Source: Promethearchaeota archaeon
GTDB lineage: Archaea > Asgardarchaeota > Lokiarchaeia > Sigyniarchaeales > SOKP01
Length of the DNA: 64,000 nucleotides
NCBI GenBank assembly: GCA_016839555.1
Contig: JAEOUA010000006.1
Span: 320,001 to 384,000, forward strand
Direction: 5' to 3'
The position numbers were made by a program, and so were the translations under genes. Shown here piece by piece: positions 39,939 to 49,973 of the stretch; the first letter of the stretch is position 1; the number at the start of each line of letters is the position of its first letter. The notes below the pieces were generated by a model. It searched no databases and had not been told where the DNA came from. It saw only the letters and a program-made list of their open reading frames with translations.

Positions 39939-40175
39939 ATGAAAATTATTCGTAAAAAGGAGCTAAGAGAGATTGAAATCCCCTTTGTAGATAATAAGAA
40001 ATATTGTAGCAATTGCGGTGAAGAAACTTATTTACAAGATGTATATTGTAATAATTGTGGTGAAAAATTGATATTCGAAAATAAAATGGGTGTGTACAGA
40101 GGAAACTGTCCAAATTGTAATGAGTTATATTATGAAGGTGCGAAATATTGTACAAGATGCGGTTATAAATTATAA
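39939..40175 (+). CDS. Double zinc-ribbon protein (probably 5'-truncated)
   Basis: Four CxxC motifs (CSNC, CNNC, CPNC, CTRC); the frame is open upstream to 39822 and encodes a TM helix. Confidence 0.7.
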   Translation: MKIIRKKELREIEIPFVDNKKYCSNCGEETYLQDVYCNNCGEKLIFENKMGVYRGNCPNCNELYYEGAKYCTRCGYKL

Positions 40176-40200
40176 TTATAATAAATTTTTTTTCTTTTAA

Positions 40201-41949
40201 TTATAATTCTTCTAATTCTTTTTCTTTTACCATTAATTTATTTATAAATTTTTCAAAATCTTTTAATTCAGAAGATTTATTTACTCTTTCAGTTGTAGAA
40301 TTATTGATATTTAAATCCGAAGAAAATATCTCATCTTCTTTGATTATAGGTTTTTTATTTTTATCTATTTTAAGTAAATCTTTCCCATTTTCTAATATGG
40401 GAGGTTTCTTAAGTTTTTGTTCTTCAACACCAGGTTCTTTTATATTTGTTTTGATGGGTATTTCTTCTTTAATTAAGTTTTTATTTAAAATTCTTTTATT
40501 ATTCTCATTTATTTCGAAGTTAGTTAAAGATTCTCTTGGTATAAAAGGATTCCACAATAAAAATGGTCTTTTAAAAGAATTCACACGAATAAGACAACGC
40601 CCTTTTTCTAAAATTGATAGATAATGCTCATCTATTTCATTTAAATTTAATAATTGACATTGAAATTCTTTTTCCATATGATTTTTGAATATTACCAATA
40701 TTCCACAATTTGCTAATATTTCCTCGCTTACTTGAGGTCGTGTTGCGATTGAAATCAAACATTCCCCCGTACCTCTTTGAAGCAATGCGATATCTTCGAG
40801 GTAAGTGGTTAATTTTGTCTGGTTAGTTAAATCTTTGGGAGCAAAATATTGCGCATCTTCGACAATGGTAATGTGTTTTATTCCTTTATATTCTCTGCTT
40901 CCTTTCGTGAGATTTTCATCCCATAAATATTTCAAAATCATATTAAGAAAAAATAAAGCATCTTCCTTTTCCCCACCAAGCCGTATAATTGAACTTAAAT
41001 CAATAATAATATTCTTTTTAAACAGTTCTTTTATTTTAAATTCGGTTTTTGTGCCAAAAATCGCTTTTAATGGGCCTATTGAGAAGCGTCTAATTCTATT
41101 TCTGATGCTTATTAATGTTTGCGCCAGCATGGGCACCTTATTTCGCTCTTTTTTCAGGTAAATTCCACATTGCTTATAGAATCCCTCCCAATTCTGCAGA
41201 CTTTTATTTTTACATACTTCTGTTAGCACATCGACCAATGCTTTTTGCATTTGAGGGGAGTACTCCGCAGTTTCATCCAAGAATTGCCCACTTTTTAAAA
41301 TATCAAAAATCCTTTCTGCATGAATTTCAGGATGAGCTCCTTCAGGATCAAATATATTTATAGAAAAATTTTCTCCCGGTCTAAAAACCAATACATCTTC
41401 AATTATATTTTGCAAAAAAATATACTCTGCTTTAAATTCAATAAGTAAAAAGGGAATTTCATACTTTTTTTTAAAATTTATTAAAAAATTTTGGACAAAA
41501 TTACTTTTACCCATCCCAGTAGAACCACATATAAACACATGTTTTTCAAGATCATCAAGAGACAGATTAAATCTATGTTTTTTTACATTCTGGTTCATAA
41601 TTTTACCAATAAAAATTTTACCTTTTCGAGCTCTTAATCTTGAAGGATATTCTAGATTTATAATATCATCGTCAGAATACGTTATAGAGATAATATAGAT
41701 TCCAGAAGAAATGAATAGAAGAAACTGAGAAAGAAATACCATTATTGTATCATATGGTTGAGAAGGAAGTTCAGAAGGTACATATCGAGTAAAATTGATA
41801 AGAAAATCTAAAAAAAGAACGAAAATCATAAGTGGTATGATATAATTTAAATACTTTAGGTTGAATTCTCTAACTTTTGAAATATAATATATAATAGTTA
41901 CTATATTCAAAATTATAGTAAAAATGAGATTGAGTTGAATAAAGTACAT
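40201..41949 (-). CDS. Membrane-anchored HerA/VirB4/FtsK-superfamily ATPase (DUF87-like)
   Basis: Three N-terminal TM helices; KHVFICGSTGMGKS Walker A; ITIVEDAQ Walker B; INIFDP; ATRPQ. Confidence 0.82.
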   Translation of the reverse strand: MYFIQLNLIFTIILNIVTIIYYISKVREFNLKYLNYIIPLMIFVLFLDFLINFTRYVPSELPSQPYDTIMVFLSQFLLFISSGIYIISITYSDDDIINLEYPSRLRARKGKIFIGKIMNQNVKKHRFNLSLDDLEKHVFICGSTGMGKSNFVQNFLINFKKKYEIPFLLIEFKAEYIFLQNIIEDVLVFRPGENFSINIFDPEGAHPEIHAERIFDILKSGQFLDETAEYSPQMQKALVDVLTEVCKNKSLQNWEGFYKQCGIYLKKERNKVPMLAQTLISIRNRIRRFSIGPLKAIFGTKTEFKIKELFKKNIIIDLSSIIRLGGEKEDALFFLNMILKYLWDENLTKGSREYKGIKHITIVEDAQYFAPKDLTNQTKLTTYLEDIALLQRGTGECLISIATRPQVSEEILANCGILVIFKNHMEKEFQCQLLNLNEIDEHYLSILEKGRCLIRVNSFKRPFLLWNPFIPRESLTNFEINENNKRILNKNLIKEEIPIKTNIKEPGVEEQKLKKPPILENGKDLLKIDKNKKPIIKEDEIFSSDLNINNSTTERVNKSSELKDFEKFINKLMVKEKELEEL

Positions 41950-41993
41950 TTAGAATATTTTCTGAACTAATGTTTTAAACTGCACTATTATTT

Positions 41994-42707
41994 TTGAGTA
42001 ATCCTTTTGAAATGAGTTTAAATATTTTAAATTGGAATAAAAAATGGATGTTAATGAGTTTTATTTTTCAATTATTTTTCTCCGAAAATTCAACTTTATA
42101 TACTGGCATTCCGGATATTGTAAATGGATTAGAAGAGTTATGTATGTCTATAAATGAATTTTTACTCCTTTTATTTGGCTATATGAAGTATATTTTTGCC
42201 CTGATATTGATAATACTTGGAATAATGACTCTTTTAAGATATCGAGGGATTTATATTCTCCAAAGATATAGTCAAAATTCCTATGATAAAAAGGAAAAAA
42301 TTACTGAAAAATTAAAAAAAACTCACGTGATTCTTGGAATTGTATATATTTTCACAGGATTCGGAATTATCTTTAATTATTTAATATATATCTTAATATG
42401 GGTCTTAGATCCACTCCCTGATGGACTTTTTTTTCAATTTCTTGATATTGGTGGTATGATTGAACCTCAATATATTCTCAGGATTTCAAATATAGATTTT
42501 GCAATTCAGCCTCATGAAAAAACAATTTATATTTGTGTGGCTTATTTTTCTTTACTTTCTTTGATCCAAATTTCAACAAGTATCTGGTTTATCTCAAAAG
42601 GAGGACAGCTTTTAACCCATCCCAACATGACCTACTCAATTTTAATTTCAGGAGTAATGGAAGGAATTTTAGCAGGATTTACCACATGTCTTCCATTTAT
42701 GATATAA
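41994..42707 (+). CDS. Hypothetical multi-pass membrane protein
   Basis: About 4-5 hydrophobic helices; head-to-head with the ATPase gene; start codon uncertain. Confidence 0.7.
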   Translation: MSNPFEMSLNILNWNKKWMLMSFIFQLFFSENSTLYTGIPDIVNGLEELCMSINEFLLLLFGYMKYIFALILIILGIMTLLRYRGIYILQRYSQNSYDKKEKITEKLKKTHVILGIVYIFTGFGIIFNYLIYILIWVLDPLPDGLFFQFLDIGGMIEPQYILRISNIDFAIQPHEKTIYICVAYFSLLSLIQISTSIWFISKGGQLLTHPNMTYSILISGVMEGILAGFTTCLPFMI

Positions 42708-42735
42708 AATTAGGTAAAATTAGATTAAATAATGA

Positions 42736-43509
42736 TTATATAATTTCTTTGAATATTTCTTTTGCAATTTGATAAGTGGGATTAGAATCTGGTAATTCTA
42801 AAAGACTTTTTCCATTAAAGTTATATTCAAGAATTTGATTATCATCTGGAAAAAATCCTAATAGTTTAACATTGTTTTTTTTTAAGTTTTCAACTTCTTT
42901 TTCTAAAACTTCTTTTAAAGAATCTGGAAATCGATTTCCAAGAATCCATATATTTTCAAATTTTAAACTTACTTCATCTATTAACTCGATAATTCTTTTC
43001 ATAGTATGAAACCCCATTTTTGAGGGATCAGTCACAATTATTAAATCTGTTACGTCTCTACCCGTTTTCCGTGAAAAATGTTCTAATCCCGCCGGAGAAT
43101 CAATTAATGTGAATTGATAATTTTTGGATAAGGTATCTACTACATTCTTTAAAACATTATTAATGAAGCAATAGCAACCACTCCCTTCTTGTCTTCCCAT
43201 CTCCAAGATGTCAAAGTCGTCCATTTCAATTATCGAGCTAAACACATCCCCTTCGATGATTTGATTTTTAGGCATGTCAAGTGGTAGCAACTGTTTTTCT
43301 ATTTTGCGTTTTAATTCTTGCATTTTGGATGCTAATGTATCAGAAAAATCAACTTTTCTTCCAATTACATCTCCGACATTCGCGTCAGGATCGGAATCTA
43401 TAACTAAAATATCAGCAGAGTCGTTTTCTGTCAAGAATTTAAGAAAGAGAGCTAAAGATGTGGTCTTTCCCACTCCTCCTTTTCCGGCAAAGGCTATAAC
43501 TTTTTTCAT
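42736..43509 (-). CDS. cooC: CooC/AcsF nickel-insertion ATPase
   Basis: GKGGVGKTT, DSDPDAN, GSGCYC, DSPAGLEHFSR. Confidence 0.88.
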   Translation of the reverse strand: MKKVIAFAGKGGVGKTTSLALFLKFLTENDSADILVIDSDPDANVGDVIGRKVDFSDTLASKMQELKRKIEKQLLPLDMPKNQIIEGDVFSSIIEMDDFDILEMGRQEGSGCYCFINNVLKNVVDTLSKNYQFTLIDSPAGLEHFSRKTGRDVTDLIIVTDPSKMGFHTMKRIIELIDEVSLKFENIWILGNRFPDSLKEVLEKEVENLKKNNVKLLGFFPDDNQILEYNFNGKSLLELPDSNPTYQIAKEIFKEII

Positions 43510-43679
43510 TTTCTTACAAGTTTTACTACCTTATATATTCTATATTAAAAAATGGAGAGAATATTAAAAATTTAATAGTGATATTTTAAAAATAATTTGG
43601 AAATTAAAAAAGAATTTAAAATGACTTCTTAAGATATAATTAATAAATAATTAAGGATAAAGAATAAGAAATCTACATA

Positions 43680-44495
43680 CTATTGCTGTTGTTTGTAGAG
43701 CGGAATAATATTTGAGGTAAAGTCTTCAAGGGTGTATGGGAAATCATCTTCACTAGCAATTTTTCCAAGTTCTAACGAGATTTCTCTCGCAAGCAACCAA
43801 AACGCTAAACCTAATGCTTTTTTACCGCGATTATTTGCGGGGACTGCTAAATCAATTCCAGAAAGTGTGTCGTCGGTATCAAATAAAGAGACTACGGGAA
43901 TTCTCGCATGTTTAGCTTCTTCAAGAATTACTTTATCTGCATGGGGATCAACGATAAATACGACACTAGCATCCTTAATATATGTGTCAATATTTGGATT
44001 CGTAAGGGTACCAGGTATGAAGCGGTCTACAATGGCTCGACAACTAAGCGCTTCAGAGAATTTTCTGACGGGCTCCTTCCCATATCTTCGTACGGAAGAT
44101 ACAATTACCTTATCACTATCTTCTTCAATATATTTACTAAGAAATTTTGCAGCGATTTTTATTCGTTCTTCGGTTTTTGTGAGGTCTATTACATATAGTC
44201 CATAATTAGTTTGACGGTAAATAAACCTGCGGGCATCTCCAGTTAAAAGTTTGGTTCCTATATGAATTCCACAACTTAGAAAGAGATTTTTCTTTTCTTC
44301 ATCTTTATCTATTATTTTTTCTTCTTCCTCAAGGGCGCTAATATCCTCAGTATCAAGTAAATCTAGTTCTTCTTCTAAATCTAAATCATCTTCAAAATCT
44401 TCTTCAAATGTTTCTATAAAATCTTCTTCAAAATCTACCAGAGGTTCTTCATCCTCATTCTCAATTTCTTCAGACTTTTTCTTCTTTTTAGCCAC
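43680..44495 (-). CDS. rps2: 30S ribosomal protein uS2 with acidic N-terminal extension
   Basis: GIHIGT, GLYVIDL, RFIPGTLTNP, IPVVSLFDTD, PANNRGKKALGLAFWLLARE. Confidence 0.95.
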   Translation of the reverse strand: MAKKKKKSEEIENEDEEPLVDFEEDFIETFEEDFEDDLDLEEELDLLDTEDISALEEEEKIIDKDEEKKNLFLSCGIHIGTKLLTGDARRFIYRQTNYGLYVIDLTKTEERIKIAAKFLSKYIEEDSDKVIVSSVRRYGKEPVRKFSEALSCRAIVDRFIPGTLTNPNIDTYIKDASVVFIVDPHADKVILEEAKHARIPVVSLFDTDDTLSGIDLAVPANNRGKKALGLAFWLLAREISLELGKIASEDDFPYTLEDFTSNIIPLYKQQQ

Positions 44496-44873
44496 GATAT
44501 AAACCTAGATATGATTAAAAAATTGTTATTAATAATTTGTTAATAAATAGAATGTAATATAGTTTTAATAATTTATTGAATCTCTTTATTCTTTAAATGA
44601 GTTCTTTTAAGGAATACTTATTGTTAAAACAATTTGATTATTGCTATGAAATTTTTTTTAAAAGAGATTGATGGATTTAGGAATTTCATAAAATTCTCGT
44701 TATAAAATATACAAATAGTCGGTTTAAAATAAATTAATATAAATCTAAACTATGATTAGTGGAGTACTTTAAAATCTCAATTTTTTTGAATAATTGTCAA
44801 AATTAAAATATTAATATTATTTCATTTCTTTAAAAAATCAATAAGAAATTTAAAAAAATTAAAAGTTGATAAT

Positions 44874-45356
44874 ATGGTTAGATTGGCTATAGGGGTTGGT
44901 GTGGGTATAATTTTAAGTTTTTTCAGCGTATCTCTTTTCAATGAATGGGAAACTTTTCGCACATCTTTACAATTTTCCCAATATAGTGTATTGCAGGCAA
45001 TCGGAAATTTGATCGGAGATATATTTGATTTTGATATTATTCATTTTTTCTCATCAGGACCTTATAATATTGATAATTTCTTTCAACCAGCCCTTTTGGC
45101 ATGCTTATTAATGGGACTTATTTCAGGGGCTATTGCGAGGGGTCTTAGAAGGGGCTTTATTGCTGGTGTGTTAGTTATCGTTCTTTCCTTATTAATATGG
45201 ATTTGTTTGAGTATTTTTGCAGGAACTGATCTCATTTCATTATTTCAAGGACCACAGCTTATCGAGACGATTGGAGGGATCTTAGGTGCCCTTACAGGAG
45301 GAATTCTGGGAGGATTAGCAGGAGGATTTATTTCTAGAATACGGGAAACTGATTAA
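44874..45356 (+). CDS. Hypothetical Gly-rich membrane protein
   Basis: Four hydrophobic helices with GxxxG repeats. Confidence 0.75.
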   Translation: MVRLAIGVGVGIILSFFSVSLFNEWETFRTSLQFSQYSVLQAIGNLIGDIFDFDIIHFFSSGPYNIDNFFQPALLACLLMGLISGAIARGLRRGFIAGVLVIVLSLLIWICLSIFAGTDLISLFQGPQLIETIGGILGALTGGILGGLAGGFISRIRETD

Positions 45357-45470
45357 ATTCAATTTTTTCTTTTGTACATCTTAAAATTTTTCATTCAAAT
45401 CTACAAAACATTAAAAAGATCAAATCATCGTTAATTTAATTTTAAAATTTGTTTCTTTGTTAAAAATACA

Positions 45471-46034
45471 ATGAGCACCAAAAAAAATAAACCTCATGAA
45501 AACAAAGGAAATAATAGAATACCCACTCGAGATTTTGCATTTGAATTATTAAGGAAAGTGAAACTGCCATTTAATATTAGACGGCATTCAATTAATGTAG
45601 CAAATAAAGCATTAAAAATAGCTAATAAAATTAAAAAAATTCAAGTAAATAAAAATTTAGTGGAAATCGGCGCATTATTACATGATATTGGGAGATGCAT
45701 AAGTCATGGTTTCGACCATGGGCTCTTAGGGGGAGAGATTTTACTAAGTTATGGTCTTTCAGAACGATTAGCAAGAATATGTGAAACTCATCTTCTAGGA
45801 GGGTTAGATAAGGAAGATGCAAAAAAAGTGGGGTTACCTATTAAGGATTATCTACCAAATACATTGGAAGAAAAGATTGTATGTTTAGCAGATAAGCATA
45901 TGAAGGGAAGGCATGAAGTATCTATTGAAGATCGCTTCCAAATATGGTTCAAAAAATATGGAAAAACTAAAATATTATTAAAATCAAAAAGAAGAGTGGA
46001 GCGAATTCAAAAAGAAATTAAAGCTCTTTTTTAA
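45471..46034 (+). CDS. HD-domain (HDIG) metal-dependent phosphohydrolase
   Basis: RHS, LLHDIGR, HG..G, ETH, EEKIVCLADK. Confidence 0.88.
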   Translation: MSTKKNKPHENKGNNRIPTRDFAFELLRKVKLPFNIRRHSINVANKALKIANKIKKIQVNKNLVEIGALLHDIGRCISHGFDHGLLGGEILLSYGLSERLARICETHLLGGLDKEDAKKVGLPIKDYLPNTLEEKIVCLADKHMKGRHEVSIEDRFQIWFKKYGKTKILLKSKRRVERIQKEIKALF

Positions 46035-46509
46035 TTTTATTTAATATCCCGTTTTCTTCAATTATGTTAAATAAAAATTCTGGTAATTTATTAAAATTGA
46101 TTGCTCTACCTGTTGAAAGATTTTTTATCAATCCCTCTTGTAATATTATTTCTATATGATCTCCTTCAGAAAAATCCTCATCTTTCCAATTATAAGTGAT
46201 TCCAGGGATACCTTGATTTATTAAGTTCCTAAAATATATTCTTGCAAAAGATTTTGCGATGATCGCTTGTATCCCAAGAATTTTAAACACATTAACAGCC
46301 TCTTCACGAGAGCTCCCACAGCCAAAATTTTCTCCGGCAACGATGATATTTAATTTTTCTACTTTTTGAGGAAAGTCTGAATCAATTTCTTCGCAAGTAT
46401 ATTGAGCCATCTCATAAGAATCTCTAAGGGTCAAACAATGACTTGGAACAATATCATCAGTATTTATATTATTTCCCATAATATATACGAAACCTTCTAT
46501 TTTTTTCAT
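46018..46509 (-). CDS. leuD: 3-isopropylmalate dehydratase/homoaconitase small subunit
   Basis: NINTDDIVP, NFGCGSSRE, SFARIYFRNLINQG; substrate specificity (LeuD vs HacB) not resolved. Confidence 0.85.
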   Translation of the reverse strand: MKKIEGFVYIMGNNINTDDIVPSHCLTLRDSYEMAQYTCEEIDSDFPQKVEKLNIIVAGENFGCGSSREEAVNVFKILGIQAIIAKSFARIYFRNLINQGIPGITYNWKDEDFSEGDHIEIILQEGLIKNLSTGRAINFNKLPEFLFNIIEENGILNKIKKEL

Positions 46510-46511
46510 AT

Positions 46512-47771
46512 TTATAACACTTCTCTTGGATCAGTTATTTTTCCTTTAATAGCCGAAGCTGCTACCGTAGCTGGTGAAGCTAAATATACTTTAGAAGTTG
46601 GGTCTCCCATTCGACCTGCAAAATTTCTGTTCGTGCTACTAATACACACTTCTTCTTTACCCAAAACTCCTAAATGGCCTCCAATACAAGGCCCACAAGT
46701 GCTATTGCCTAAAACAGCACCTGCTTTAATAAAAACTTCAATAAGACCTTCTTCAAGAGCTTCTAAATATATTTTTTTAGATGCAGGGATAATAATCAAC
46801 CTTGTTTGTTTATTAACTTGGTTTCCATTTAAAATAGTTGCAGCAATTCTGAGATCTTCTATTCTACCATTTGTACAACTTCCAAGAAATGCTTGATCGA
46901 TATTAATTCCCTCAACATCATTAATTTCTGCAATATTTCCTGGACTATGAGGTTTAGCTACAACTGGGATAAGATCAGACAAGTTATATTCAAATTCTTT
47001 TTCATAAGATGCATCTTCATCCGGAATTACAAAGTTGTATGGTTTTTTCGTGATTTTATTTAACCAATCTTTTAATTTTTTATCTGGGAGAAAAATTCCA
47101 AATTTTGCTCCAGCTTCAACTACCATATTCGAGATGGTCATTCTCCCATCAATTGAAAGCGACTCAGCTCCTGTTCCATGAAATTCTAATGACTTGTAAA
47201 GTGCACCTTTTGTAGAAATATCACCTATGAATTTAAGAATGAAATCTTTTGCCATTACTGCTTTAGGTAATTCTCCAGATAAATTGATTTTATACGAGTT
47301 TGGGACTTTGAACCAGAGTTTTCCAGTCGCAAAAACAACTGATACATCTGTTGCTCCAATACCAGTAGAGAGGCAATTAAAAGCGCCATATGTAGTAGTA
47401 TGACTATCACTTCCAACAATTAACATTCCAGGTCTAGCGAATCCTTTCTCTGGTAATACTTGATGACATATGCCTTCATTCATTCCCATATTGTGGACAA
47501 ATTTGTACTTTTTAGCAAATTGTCTACAAACTTGATGCATTTGTGCGGCGGAGATTGTTGGGGCGGGTACCCAATGATCCAGAATAAAAAATATTTTATT
47601 GGGATCCCACACATAATCTAAGTCTAATTTTTTATATTCTTCATGGATCCTACCCCCTAATTGCTCATGAATCATGACCATATCAATTTCTGCCTCAATA
47701 AATTGCCCAGGAGTTATCTCATCTATTTCCGAATGTTCTAAGAGAATTTTTTCGCAGATTGTATAAGCCAT
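46512..47771 (-). CDS. leuC: 3-isopropylmalate dehydratase/homoaconitase large subunit
   Basis: GICHQV, GSDSHTTTYGA, GSCTNGR, CGPCIG, STNRNF.GRMG. Confidence 0.88.
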   Translation of the reverse strand: MAYTICEKILLEHSEIDEITPGQFIEAEIDMVMIHEQLGGRIHEEYKKLDLDYVWDPNKIFFILDHWVPAPTISAAQMHQVCRQFAKKYKFVHNMGMNEGICHQVLPEKGFARPGMLIVGSDSHTTTYGAFNCLSTGIGATDVSVVFATGKLWFKVPNSYKINLSGELPKAVMAKDFILKFIGDISTKGALYKSLEFHGTGAESLSIDGRMTISNMVVEAGAKFGIFLPDKKLKDWLNKITKKPYNFVIPDEDASYEKEFEYNLSDLIPVVAKPHSPGNIAEINDVEGINIDQAFLGSCTNGRIEDLRIAATILNGNQVNKQTRLIIIPASKKIYLEALEEGLIEVFIKAGAVLGNSTCGPCIGGHLGVLGKEEVCISSTNRNFAGRMGDPTSKVYLASPATVAASAIKGKITDPREVL

Positions 47772-47781
47772 TTTTTATTTT

Positions 47782-49098
47782 TTATTTTTTAATTTTATTT
47801 TTTAATTTTTGAAAATCGGCGTCTATTTCTAATAGGGCATTTTTTAATAATACACAAGTGTCTTTTAGGATTTTAGGATCAACTTTGTCAGCACTATCTT
47901 CCGGAGTATGTGCCCATTTTGAGGCTGAAATCGAGCCTAAATCAATTGCATTAAATTTTCGTGCATGAAATGGTAGAGAATCCGTATGAGCACCAGTTAA
48001 GAAGTGAATTCCATATATATCTATATTTCTTTTCCTAGCTGCTTTTTCCAAATATTTGCTTAATAAAGATGTTAATTCTTTTTTGGGGATTATTCCATAT
48101 GATTCAATATATTCTATTCTATTGTGTTTGCAATTTTTACAGGAAATCATATCTAGATTAAATTGAAATACTTTTTCTTTTGAAAAAAGATGTTCATGCT
48201 TATTAAGAAATATCCTTGATCCCATAGTACCAAGTTCCTCAGCAGAAAATTGGCAAAACCATAAATAAAAATTATTCAAAGGATGTTTTCTAAAATATGA
48301 ACTTAATTCAAATACAATAGCCATGCCCGAGGCATTATCTAGTGCGCCAGGAGATTTATTATGGGTACTCAGAAACATTAAAAAAAGATTAGCGGTTATT
48401 ACGAATCCTGCTGAAAGCCATAGACCAAAATCTAATATAAATCCCGCCAAAATCCAAGAGCGGATATTAACTGAAAAAAATAGAGCCATAAATAGCAAAT
48501 ACCAAAATGCTTTTGCAATCATAATGAGACAAAATGAAATCCCCCCGAAAAGGAATATCCGATAAATATTGACTCTCCATTGAGTTTTTAAATTTTGAGA
48601 CTTTGAGTCCAGATGAGCGGATATAACAAGATTACCTGCTTTATTATTAGTTAAAAGTTTTGCGGGTACTTTTACAAATACATTTGTAGCATCAAATATC
48701 TCTCCATAATATTTTCCCCAAAAACCTGGATTTTCCGGAGATTTTAATCCTCTGAGAATTAATAAGACAATGAGGCTTAACACACCTAATATAAAGAGAG
48801 AAATCAGAATTTCTATATAACTAAATAAGAGAAATGCCAATAAAAATACACATGTTATCATAGCAATTAATTTAATTAAGGTTGTGGAATAGAAATCTGA
48901 AAATTGAAACAATTCTTTTTTAATTTCTTTCCTATTAAAACCTAATTCTTTGAATTTTTTTACAGTCAGCTCTACGGCTTTCTCCTCTCCTTCCGTCCCA
49001 GCTAAACGTGGAAAACTGAATTCTTTAACATATTCAAATAATCGCTTTTCATTAAATGACTGGTCTTCGAACACTTTACTATTTGCTTTTATTACCAT
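47782..49098 (-). CDS. Membrane-embedded M28 family peptidase (paralog of 37816-38991)
   Basis: FPRLAGT, AHLDSK, GALDNASG, SAEELG, NLDM, AHT..D; inserted TM helices. Confidence 0.82.
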   Translation of the reverse strand: MVIKANSKVFEDQSFNEKRLFEYVKEFSFPRLAGTEGEEKAVELTVKKFKELGFNRKEIKKELFQFSDFYSTTLIKLIAMITCVFLLAFLLFSYIEILISLFILGVLSLIVLLILRGLKSPENPGFWGKYYGEIFDATNVFVKVPAKLLTNNKAGNLVISAHLDSKSQNLKTQWRVNIYRIFLFGGISFCLIMIAKAFWYLLFMALFFSVNIRSWILAGFILDFGLWLSAGFVITANLFLMFLSTHNKSPGALDNASGMAIVFELSSYFRKHPLNNFYLWFCQFSAEELGTMGSRIFLNKHEHLFSKEKVFQFNLDMISCKNCKHNRIEYIESYGIIPKKELTSLLSKYLEKAARKRNIDIYGIHFLTGAHTDSLPFHARKFNAIDLGSISASKWAHTPEDSADKVDPKILKDTCVLLKNALLEIDADFQKLKNKIKK

Positions 49099-49121
49099 TT
49101 CAATTTATTTCAATAATTTTT

Positions 49122-49715
49122 TTAGAATTGAATTTTTTTTAATTCATTCATAACGATTTTTTGGATTTGCTTTTGCACTGTTTCTATTTTATCATCAGAA
49201 TTGATGACATAATAGTTATTTTCTTCCGCTCTCTTAAGATACAATTCCCTCACTTTTCTTAAAAAAGTAATATTCTCAAATTTTTCTAATTTTTGTTCTT
49301 TTTTTCTTTGAAGGGAAAGTTCTGGAGGAATATCAAGAATAATAGTGATATTAGGCTCTTCCACAAACTTATTTAAAGTTTTAATCCATTCTATAGATAA
49401 TAATTCGGATTGAGAGGATTGATATACTACAGAAGATTCTAAGAATCTATCTGAAATTACAATATAATTGCGCTCTATTTTCTGTTTTATTTCATTAAAG
49501 AAATGATGAGACCTGTCAGCAGCAAATAAAAGAGCATCAGTAGAAGGATGAACATCGTTATTCTTTAAATATTTTCGTAAAAGTAGCCCTATTTCATTAT
49601 TAGAAGGTTCTTTTGTGAGATGAATTTTATAACCTTTCGCAATTAAAAATTCAGAAAGCAAGCTACAGTGAGTTGTGGTACCACATCCGTCAATTCCTTC
49701 AAAACATATATGCAA
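49122..49715 (-). CDS. tmk: Thymidylate kinase
   Basis: FEGIDGCGTTT, TKEP, LLFAADR, ISDRF..SS.VYQ. Confidence 0.9.
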   Translation of the reverse strand: MHICFEGIDGCGTTTHCSLLSEFLIAKGYKIHLTKEPSNNEIGLLLRKYLKNNDVHPSTDALLFAADRSHHFFNEIKQKIERNYIVISDRFLESSVVYQSSQSELLSIEWIKTLNKFVEEPNITIILDIPPELSLQRKKEQKLEKFENITFLRKVRELYLKRAEENNYYVINSDDKIETVQKQIQKIVMNELKKIQF

Positions 49716-49973
49716 GTTTTTCTTACTCCACTAATTGTGAGTATCAAAAATATAAATAGAACTATATAAATTAAAACTAAATCTTCTATTTAAAATATTC
49801 ATAAAGAGAAATTAAAATTTTCCATATAGTCATTTTCTAAAAAGATTTAAATAACTTTAATTAAATGTTATTATATATTATTCTAAACGGTTGGAATAAT
49901 CATAAACTATCCGAATCGTTTTTAGAATTTTTATTAGCAAAATAATAACAATTACTGGATAGTCTTATATAAA

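Noticed and set aside
40201-41949. HerA as part of a repair operon or an anti-phage system
   Set aside because: No NurA/Mre11/Rad50, Sir2 or nuclease partner is adjacent, and the protein has TM anchors.
49680-49705. Thymidylate kinase P-loop reads GCGTTT rather than GxGK[ST]
   Set aside because: All other Tmk motifs are intact, so I treat it as a natural variant rather than inactivation.
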